From assembly GCA_002245135.1 (NCBI GenBank), contig NGBS01000585.1:248001-312000 (forward strand): 64,000 bases of DNA. The letters are read 5' to 3'. The DNA is from Proteromonas lacertae (lineage: Eukaryota). The position numbers and the translations under genes are program-made. Shown here in pieces: positions 54,450 through 64,000 of the stretch. Position 1 is the stretch's first letter; each line of letters starts with the position of its first letter. The notes below the pieces were generated by a model. It was not told where the DNA came from. It did not search any database and saw nothing but the letters and a program-made list of their open reading frames with translations.

Positions 54450-55013
54450 ATGAATAAAATTGGAAATGATGCTATGTATATAATTACTGGTGCTGCTTGT
54501 GGATTTTTGTATAAATATTCTTTATTTTTTATCACTAGATTAGCAAACAATGTTATTGGTCTGGCAACAGTATCTGGTAGGTCAATGCAACCAACATTAA
54601 ATCCAAATAAAAGTCATGATATTCTTTTAGTGGATAAATTAACTCCTCAATTTTTTAATAAATACCGAAAAGGACAAATCGTTATTCTAAAAAGTCCAGT
54701 AGATCCAAAAGTATATTATGTGAAAAGAATAATTGCTTTATCTCAAGAAGAAGTGATAAATCGAATAAACTGTGAAAGAATAAAAGTGCCGAAAGGTCAT
54801 TGTTGGGTGGAAGGTGATAATTTTTCGACTTCTTATGATAGCAACTATTTTGGAGCTATACCTCTTGCTTTAATACAAGGAAATGCTATAGGTATTATTT
54901 GGCCTCCTAATCGAATAAGAATACTAGATAAAGAATGTCCAGATAGATATCAATGTTTTATTGAAGATGTTCCAGTAGATATTGATGAATTTCGAAATGA
55001 TAGTGAAATATAG
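54450..55013 (+). CDS. IMMP2L: Mitochondrial inner membrane peptidase subunit 2 (S26)
   Basis: GRSMQPTLNP, VKRI, VPKGHCWVEGDN...S.DSN.FG.IPL.LI.G, and IWPP.R. Confidence 0.85.
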   Translation: MNKIGNDAMYIITGAACGFLYKYSLFFITRLANNVIGLATVSGRSMQPTLNPNKSHDILLVDKLTPQFFNKYRKGQIVILKSPVDPKVYYVKRIIALSQEEVINRINCERIKVPKGHCWVEGDNFSTSYDSNYFGAIPLALIQGNAIGIIWPPNRIRILDKECPDRYQCFIEDVPVDIDEFRNDSEI

Positions 55014-55018
55014 ATAAA

Positions 55019-55026
55019 TGTTTGTT
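55019..55026 (+). terminator. TGTTTGTT downstream polyadenylation element
   Basis: TAG-ataaa-TGTTTGTT: the motif sits exactly 5 nt after the IMP2 stop, the spacing known from Blastocystis. Confidence 0.5.
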
Positions 55027-55243
55027 ATTTATAAATTGTTGTATTTAATAATTGGAATTTTGAAGGTTAGTAATATTATTTTCGTTTTTATATATAATCA
55101 GAAGAAGAGAAGATAGAATTGTCATAACAATTCTTCGAAATTTTTTAAATATTATTAACATTCAATTTATATTTCATTTGTTTATTTATTTAGTTTCATA
55201 TGATCTTCGCAAACAACATTAACAACTATTTATATTGTTTTAT

Positions 55244-56092
55244 TTAATACAAATCTTCATCTACATTTTCTCTTGGAGTAGTACAATCAAAAATATAAGG
55301 ATCAACTTTTTCTATCAATTCTTTCACATTTACATATAATTTAAGATGAACTTCACCACCTCCTAGCCATATAAATGGTGGGTCTAAATCAGCAATACTT
55401 TTTGATATAACCATCTATAATAATTATATAATAATTTAATGAAGTTATACAGGAATAGTAGTTGTAAAGCCAAATGGTGCAACTCCATTAAATGCAAATC
55501 CAGTTATTTCTCTACATTCTTCTGCATTTGCCAGTTGTAAATTGATATTACGTTTACTTAATTTATCTACAGCACGAAGATTTCTAATGTCTTTCTTTAG
55601 CGTTTCTGCATTTAGTTTTGAAATATATTGAACAACTACTAAATAATATAGACTGTTTGTTGGGTCTTTACAGTCATTTCTTGTACATTGAGTATTTTTC
55701 ATCATCACAGTTTTGCATAGATGTTTTGGATGACATCCTAATATAATTCTATAACGGTGTAAATGAAGGAATTAACTAATACGCTCTTTTCTTTACAGGT
55801 ACTTCATAATAATATGATGGAGCTGAGAAAAATCGTACACTATTGTGATTAATTTATTTATTGGATTTATATATACCTAGATAATTGGAGATTTTGACAA
55901 GCATCTCTAACTCTTCTTTGATTATCAGTGTCATTAGCAGGATCATCAATATATTCTTTCTCCAAACAACTAATTCACTATAAAACGAGTATCTTACTGT
56001 GTTATATTTTTAGACTCTAATTTCTCTACTCTATTTTCTAGATTCTTTAGAGTATCCAACATATTTTGCATTTGAGAATTGTAACCATCCAT
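55244..56092 (-). CDS. YbaK/prolyl-tRNA editing domain protein
   Basis: HLCKTVMMKN, YYLVVVQY..K, ITGF.FNGVAPFG, and IWLGGGEVHLKL. Confidence 0.85.
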
Positions 56093-56367
56093 ATCTTCCT
56101 TACTTATTGAGAAAAAAGAAATTGAAATATCAAGCTAAACAAGCCTCAAGCCAAGATGTTTGATCAAAATTCAAACTTCATTTTCATTTTCATATTTTAG
56201 TTAGATTACTCAACTTTAGTATGTATATAATCACTCTCCCTATTTCCTGCATCTAATACTGATGATTTGCCGAAATCATTTTTACTTCAACAACATTATT
56301 TATTTCATTTATTTGTAACTAATATATTTTCATAGAAATAAACTGTAAAGGAAATAAAAAAGGAAGT

Positions 56368-59126
56368 ATGAATAAAAAATCTCCTAAAAAGTCCAAGGTA
56401 TAAATACATTTTATAATGTGTATTAGAATAGCAAAGTTCAGATTGTTTCAAAACCATGTATATACTTAATTTATTTATTACTATCTAGTATTGCAAATTC
56501 AACAATCAATATCAAACCATCCGTTGAAATTGAAAATTGTGAAAGAAAAAAATCAAGATAAGCCATTCTCATTGGTAAAATCACCATTAAAATCACAAAA
56601 ACAAAAGAATACACCCCAAAAAGCACAAGAGAAGAAAGCAACACCAGTTAAACATATAGATAAATCAAAGAAACCATCTAAAAGAAACAGCATTACCAGT
56701 ATTCTAATAATATTATATATATTATTAAATTTATTAAAAATAGATCCACAAGAGTTATTAAAGAAAGGTGTTAATAATGATGATGATGAAATAGATTTAG
56801 AGGCAGAAAATGATAAAGATATATTAGGAGAAATGAATATGGAAATAGAAGAAAATAATACAACAATAGAACCAAAGAAATCGCCTAAAAGAAAGAGATC
56901 ATTAGTTAATGAGATAATTGAGAATGAAAATGATAAAGAAGAAGTAATAGAATCACCACTAAAAATCAGAAAAGTAGAAAGTAATACTGATACAAATAAA
57001 TTGAAGATTAGAAAAGAAGTTAAACCGAGTACAAGTTCATCAACACCAACAAGAAGAAGTTTATTAAGAGAAGAGAAGAATAATGAACAATCCAATACAC
57101 AAATACCAGTACAAAAGACAGTAACACGATCAAAATCAGTAACAAAAGAAGAAAATAAGGAAAAAAAGAATAATAAAAAGTCAAAAGATTTTAAAGAAGA
57201 TATTCCACCAGTTCCTGTAGTAGAATCGAATAATAATAATAATAATAATAATGATAATAATGGTTTACCTCCAGCATATCCTGCTAGTGGAAAGAGAAAG
57301 AAGGGCATTCCAGTAAAGAAACAATCATTTACTACCAATCTCATTGATGAAGTTGTAAAAGATGAAAAGAAAGAAATTATTGAAGCAACTAAAGAACTAC
57401 AAAAAGAAGTATTAATTAAGAAAGTATCAAATCGTATAAAACAATTGAAGGAAAATGAAGATAATAATAATTCATCAATTATTAAACCAGCCGATATATT
57501 ACTATCTACACCTCAAATATCTCATAAACGAAAAAGAACAATTAGTGAAGACAATAATAACAAAGATAATAGAAAAAATAAGAGAAATTCAATAAGTAAA
57601 GATGAAGAGGTTATTACAAGTGCAGATGAGATATTTTGTAACTATGAAGATAAGACTATTTGTGGTATATTGTTTAAAATTGGATTAAAACAATTATATC
57701 AAAAATATTCAGATCAGTTTTCTCAATTACAATACAATCAAAAAAGAATAAAACATATTAACGAGAAAGATAAAGCTGGTGATATATTACTATCTCATTT
57801 ATATAGTTTTGTTCATGGTGAATATTGTTTAATAAAAAGAGAAAATAGAGAGAAAGAAACTGCTCCTGATTTAGATACTCTCAATACTAAAAATATAAAA
57901 AGAGTCCATTTTAAAAGATATGATTTTTCTACTGTTTTAACTCCTAATGAAGGTATTGATGGATCTCAAGATGATATTATATTTATTGTTGATGTTTTAA
58001 CTGAATTAAATACAGAATTTGATATTGTTAGAAAGTTTTTGAATGGTATGAATATATATATATATATATTATTACAATTTATTAGATTATCCGAATCATC
58101 AATTACATCAATTATTTAATAGTTTAATAACAATCTTAGAAGAAATCTCTGAATCTAATGATTATTCAATTGATACAGTGCATTGTGCTGATTATTATAA
58201 ACAAGTAATTGTACAATTAATGGATATGAATCAACCAAGACCAATGTCATTTCCATTTGGTAATTATATCTCTTCAATGATAAGATATTATTTAAGAAAA
58301 GAATTTAATGTTTATAATCAGACTGTATATATATTTATAATACTATATATATATTATATAGTGTAATTCATTTTTGACAATATCTGATATTGTAGAGATA
58401 GTTCCGATGACAGGCACATTAGTGTTTAACAGTGAAGATATCTCTAGTTTACTATCACTTGCTTTTAAAGAAGTATTTATCATTTATCATTATATATAAT
58501 ACTAATTTGTGTATATATAGTATGAATATGGTGTTTCATTGTTTCAAGATAATAAACAAAATTCAGAATCACTCACCAGAAGGGAAATACTTAGAGAACA
58601 AAGAGAATTCTATAGCGCTTTTGTATTTTTATTTAGTCTATTTACAAATGAATCAGTTCAAAAACTAATCTCAGTATATATTATATTATATTGTTTATTA
58701 TTATAGTGTAATTTCGATAATTGGAAGAAATTGCGTCATTATTTAGAGCTCTCAAAGACATGTGATGATTTTGTCGATCATCATTTCCAATACTTATCTA
58801 ATCCTGAAGAATTCATTAAATTACTCGAAGATCAATGTGATTGGGTTGAAAATCTTGAAGGAGTTCAAAGAATGAAGAATAATAAATATAATTGTAACGA
58901 TGAGTTTATCTATCCTGATTTGAGTGTTCTTGATTTGCCTTCTGTTGAAACAATGATTAAGGCAAGTACTCAAAAATGTCCTGTTTGCAAGAAGGTATGT
59001 GGAGCTAATAATGTTGTTGTTTGTGACAAATGTGAAAAAGCATATCATGATAGTTGTTTTGGAACAGATTATGGTGATGATGATACTTTTATGATTTGTG
59101 CTAGATGCTCTAAGAAGCAAAATTAA
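56368..59126 (+). CDS. Lys-rich nuclear protein with a C-terminal PHD finger
   Basis: CPVC...VVVCDKCEKAYHDSC...MICARC (C4HC3). Multi-exon gene with a long disordered region. Confidence 0.7.
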
Positions 59127-59284
59127 TTAATTTATTATTATTATTATTATTGATCTTAAATATAATATTACATTGTTTATTTTGGCTTTCTATCACCATT
59201 AATTCTAACTGTAAAATATAAAACGAAAAAAGTAATTGATGAAAGTGTTGTGAATAGTTTTTATTGGCTGTTTTATACGAAAAT

Positions 59285-60638
59285 ATGGTATTTAGATATC
59301 TCTATCATCTCTTCATTCACATAGAACTCAAGACTATTAATTATTGCACTTATCTGCTTAGCTTTGATTGGTATATTCTTGAACAATTATACTGTGTAGG
59401 TAAAGCAAAAGCTGCAACTAAACTAACAGGTTCAGCTTATTTTGAGAAATATGAAATGTTTACTAAAGGCGTTTTTGGGGATGACTACACAGCCTATAGT
59501 AAGTTGTGGATAATTAATAACGAAATAATTCTACAAACATCATATGAAGATTTAGTTAATTCGGTAAAACCAAAAATTACTATTGTTGTTTATTTTTCAT
59601 TCGATAGAGACGATTCTAAAGCAGATTATACAATGGTAAGTAATATAAAGCTCAATAGCGATAAGACATATGGTTATACTTCTGATGATGAAACATTGAC
59701 AGAATTACTGGATATTTATAATTTCAAAATTGAAAAAGAAAAAGTATATCCAATTGAAAAATGGTATGAGGTATCTGTAAATCCATTCACTGACTTTTTT
59801 TTATCTGCAATAATAAAAGCTGTTTCAAAGATCAATAAAATAACTGAGAACGAATCCGTTGTTACAATTGATGGAATAGCATTAATAGGGATAAAATATA
59901 GCGAATCTAAAATACCATCAGAATTCAAAGAACCTCCAACATTACCTGCAAAAATATCTTATACAGGTAACTCATATTATAAATTATTTCCAACCATATT
60001 TTTAGATTCAATATTCTCTGACGATCCATTAAAGAATTCATTATGGATGATGTCTAAAAATATGATATTTAAAATAGATATTAGTAATTTCGATTATCCA
60101 AACCAAGGAGAAGAAAATTGTATGATGATTAATGTAGTGGTTGATTATTCATTAGAAAGAAAAGGCGATAGTATGCTTTATTATTATAATACTTATAATT
60201 ATTATAGAAATTACAAAATGCGAAATATCTCTTGATAGAACTTATGGTTATGTTACTAATCAATTAACTGTCACAAACTTAAATGAATCATTTGGTAGGC
60301 TATATGAAATTAATAAAATCTATACTTATGCTGAATGGACTAAACCAGATGATGAATTAAGCGAAGCTATTAAAGAATATAAAACTAATTATGATAAATA
60401 TGCTAATACATATATCAACAAACAAATATATGAAAGAAATGGAAATGTCTATATTGATGGAATTGCTTTTGTTAGTTCAAAATATGATAGTAATAAACTT
60501 CCTGATGATTTCGGTCCTACATTTCCTCCTATTAATCCTACCACTGATCCAAATCCAACAACTGATCCAGATTCAGGTAATAGATCACATATCTTATTAA
60601 GCTATGTAATAACAGTTATCATAGTAGTTTTATTATAA
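59285..60638 (+). CDS. Predicted surface protein (signal peptide, two internal repeats, GPI-like/hydrophobic C-terminus)
   Basis: ATG is followed directly by an intron, then NSRLLIIALICLALIG. Duplicated YGY...W and IDGIA....KY...K(I/L)P..F blocks. Ends PTTDPNPTTDPDSG...ILLSYVITVIIVVLL-TAA. Confidence 0.75.
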
Positions 60639-60759
60639 TCAATGTTCTTATTATTGATTAATTACTAATTACTATATACACTGTTTTTTTAAGAAATATT
60701 TTAAAACCATCACAAAAACAACTAACAAATATTCATAATGTAGAATTAACTTAATTTCT

Positions 60760-61558
60760 TTATGATGAAGTAGGAGGAGGTGGTTGAGAATAAACTGTAA
60801 CAGGTGCATAACCATTCATTGTTGTTTTAGGCATATAAGTCGGCTCAGTTACAGGTGTAACAGAAGATGGAACGCCTTGTACATATGTTGGATTTGCATA
60901 ATATGCTAACTGGAACAGGACCATTAACTGATATAGGTAAACCACCTTGATATAATATTTGATTTCCAAAATATGGATTATTGAATGTCTTACAACTTAA
61001 ATAACATGCATACACCTCAAATATGATAGATATTATTCCGAAACATACTGTACCTCTTAAAAATATTTTTAACGAAGTAGACGTTAAGATAATGCAATCT
61101 GTCGATAATACTCCTTCACAATCAGCAGCACTATCAAATAATAACATTATTATATACAGAAATCCATAATAGCTTAATATAGCGGAAAATAATCCAATAA
61201 CTACCAAGTTTGCAATAACTCCACAAATATTACACGTTAAATACTATATATAAAAATTAAATATTTATACTGTTATAAGCAAACACTTAGAACTAACCTG
61301 AGAACCGAAAAATCCACACATCGGTGTTAATATCAAACATATGATTGGAGAGAATCCACAACAGAATACAGTTGCAGCAGGTATTCCCAAAGCTTTTAAA
61401 GATGATGCTTCAGATGCCCACACTATGCATTGGAATAACACGAAGATAATCTATAGAAAAAATAATAACAACTAAAATACTCCTGTTAAAAAAGAATATG
61501 TCCTTAAAACTACTGTATTCTTCTCAGATTGCTTTCGAGCATTGTCTGGAGGAACCAT
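60760..61558 (-). CDS. Small four-TM membrane protein with a Pro/Tyr-rich tail
   Basis: Four hydrophobic segments over three exons. The tail frame is ambiguous (ORFs 60845-61207 and 60760-60969). Confidence 0.6.
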
Positions 61559-61699
61559 AAAAAAAAGAATAAAAAAAGAATAAAAATATAGTCGTTATTA
61601 AAACTATTTTTATTAGTTACACTTTACCGAAATCATTAATCCCGCCTTATTTTTATATCAAAACTCCTATTTGATAATCATATTCTTTATTTTAAAGAC

Positions 61700-62027
61700 A
61701 TGCAAAACGATAAAGGTGAATTCGTAGATCTCTACATCCCAAGAAAATGGTATATATTTTTATGGCCTATTTTACGTTATTTTTATTATCTAATCCACAA
61801 TCTAATTTTTTATTGTAGTATCTGGACAAATGCTTTAATCCCAGCTCAAGACCATTCATCAGTTCAAGTATTTTTTAATATATCTAGCTTCATAGATTAA
61901 TGTAGGTAAAGTTGATCCAGAAACCGGAAGATACAATGGACAATATATGGCAATTGCTCTTTGTGGACGTGTTCGTGCCAATGGTGAAGCTGATTTAGCA
62001 ATAAATGAACTTACCAAAGATCTTTAA
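61700..62027 (+). CDS. RPS21: 40S ribosomal protein S21 (eS21)
   Basis: MQNDKGEFVDLYIPRKC..TN.LI...DHSSVQ-INVGKVD..TGRY. Two introns. Confidence 0.97.
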
Positions 62028-62206
62028 GTAATGTATCGATAATAAAGGAGTTTTGCAACTTGTATTAATTTTATTTTGGGATATATAATTTATTAAATGA
62101 TATTAAAACATCATAATATCATTGCATCACTATATACTCAACTCTGATTTTTATATAAGCTCGAATTACGTTTGAGTTTAGATTTGAAAATTCGTAGTTA
62201 TAATAG

Positions 62207-63458
62207 ATGGATATAGATGAATCAATAGTTCCAGCTAATACTTTTATTAGTAAAGAGAAGATATGGATTGGAAGTAATTTGATAAAACATCTGAGAGAAG
62301 TATTAGAAAAAACACAGTTCAAATATGCATATATTTTTAGTCACAGATTATTTTATCAAGATAGTTCCATTATAAAATCTATTAAAGAACTCCTAACTGA
62401 AGTTAATTTGGAAGTATCTGTTGTCCTAGTTCCAATTGGTTGTCCTCCACTTGAGTTTATTCAAAAAAATCAATTGAAGAGTTTAAGTGAAAGGTCAAAT
62501 GATATAGTGATATTATCACTGGGATATAATGGTACTTGTGAAATAGCTAAGCAAATTTCTATAAATTTACACAAAGGTGTAGTTAAAAGTCTAATTAATA
62601 TATCAGTAATCCACGAAATTAACACAACAACAACCAAATATAGTGTTCAATATATCCCATTCAATGTAAAAGTCATACCATCATCATTATCTACAATAAC
62701 TGATGAGGAAGAAAAGGAAAAATTAAAAATAGAGAATATAAAAGAAACAGAAGAATTTTATTTATTGATTATTAATTTAATTAATAAAATAATAGAAATA
62801 AGTTTAATTTACACAGTATCAAGTTCAGATTCAGATATATTTTCTAAATGGATAAGTACGTTGTGTAAAAGCATTTCTCCTCTGTATTTACAAGAAAATG
62901 AATTTAATTTAAATGATAATAATGCAATGAAAACATTATATCAAAAATATAATACTTTAGAAATGATAATATCAAAATCGAATTATGCAAATTATAATAT
63001 ATTGAAATATATATCAGAAGTAGTGTATCAAGAAACATCACATTTAATAATTGATAATAATAATAAAGAAGAAGAAGATAGATAATAAAAATACACTTTT
63101 ACTAAAATATAATATAATAATCTCAATAATTCCATCTTATTATCGATTATTATTTCAGAATTCAATAAATGCTAGAATTATTGCTTCAATAATCCAATCA
63201 ATAACCCCTTCATTGAGAGGATTAAGCGAAGAAAGTGATATGGTTGAAAAAGGAATTGAAGCTTGGCTTATTTCAATTGGTTTTATGAATAAACTAGAAG
63301 ATGTTATTCCTGAGATTAAAGAGAGTGATTTGGATAAAATATCTAGTAAATTAGTGGAGAATGTTGCACTTATTGAAACATCAAAACATTTGAGAGTTGA
63401 ATTTACTGTTGGTTCACTTAAAGAAGTATTAATGAGATCATTACAAGTTCATTTTTAA
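62207..63458 (+). CDS. Divergent iron-alcohol-dehydrogenase/glycerol-dehydrogenase-like protein (frameshift near 63078)
   Basis: KIWIGSN, DIVILSLGYNGTCEIAKQI (cf. D.IIALGGGS..D.AK), and C-terminal L.DV...ESDLDKI...T..SLKEVL. Confidence 0.45.
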
Positions 63459-63571
63459 TTTATGTTAATTAATTTCATTTCATTTTGTCCAATTGTTTTA
63501 TTCATTAACAACAGAAAGAAAAAATGAACTGTGACCTATAAAAAATATAGTCGTTTCATATCTGAAGAAAA

Positions 63572-64000
63572 ATGCAGAATTACACTATATCTCCAAATTC
63601 ACCTATAGGTGCACTTAAAATATCTCACAGTATGGAATTTAGTCCCTATGGATTGGATAAGAGTCTTCATAGAGTTCCTTCATTACCTGTTACACGAAGT
63701 GTGAATATTTGTCAGGAAATAGATTTACGAGCTGGTATATTTTATTTTTTGCAATGTATTGGTAGGGAGAGTATTAGCTCATAATATGATTTTAAAAACT
63801 GATAAATTCCCAATCGACAAAAAGGTTCGTAGTGGTGAAAATTTATCTGTATATTGATCTGTATTTAATAATAGACTGGTGATTTCTATGGTGTTCATAC
63901 ATTTAGATTTCTATCAAATACAAACGTATATGGTATGGCCCAACCACCTGTTTATGGGATACGATCTATATTAAACTCATTAAATGCCAAACGAAGTGTA
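63572..64000 (+). CDS. Paladin-like (PTP-like/phytase-domain) protein, 5' part
   Basis: Spliced: GRVLAHNMILKTDKFP...YGVHTFR....NVYGMAQPPVYGIRSIL, matching the paladin ILK.D.FP / GAPNFR / VYG.AQPT..GI motifs. Confidence 0.7.

Noticed and set aside
56220..56290. TGATGA plus a small hairpin as a possible C/D snoRNA
   Set aside because: No box D (CTGA) at a suitable distance and no recognisable guide sequence.
56553..57344. 263-aa antisense ORF, and many other short shadow ORFs in the track
   Set aside because: These are reverse-strand or off-frame shadows of low-complexity real genes.

Overview
This is gene-dense, very AT-rich eukaryotic nuclear DNA with many tiny spliceosomal introns (mostly about 23-40 nt, donor usually GTAT, acceptor YAG) and the standard genetic code. 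Tiny introns, putative minor (U12-type) introns and a TGTTTGTT element 5 nt after a stop codon suggest a Blastocystis-like/opalinatan stramenopile; this is inference, not a proven identification. I reconstructed about 30 genes by hand. Housekeeping genes include THOC6, POLQ, COG6, SKI3/TTC37, BCKDHB, IMP2, a YbaK-type deacylase, RPS21, an SPFH protein and a paladin-like gene. There are intact flagellar genes (DNAI1, IFT56/TTC26, EFHB), meiotic genes (MSH4 and an N-terminal-only MER3/HFM1), and lineage-specific surface and Cys-rich proteins. The main oddities are: (1) two putative U12-type introns with rare AT-AA ends; (2) an undamaged MER3 5' piece that stops exactly at a splice donor, which is either a trans-splicing candidate or a chimera; (3) a kinase-TPR gene with one 111-nt TPR exon per 141-bp unit and hypervariable helix residues; (4) a secreted protein built from phase-1 exon modules; (5) nitrilase-like and Fe-ADH-like proteins that look catalytically dead. 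No rRNA, tRNA, CRISPR array or clear transposon was seen. Gene spans include introns, and family assignments come from recalled motifs, not database searches.
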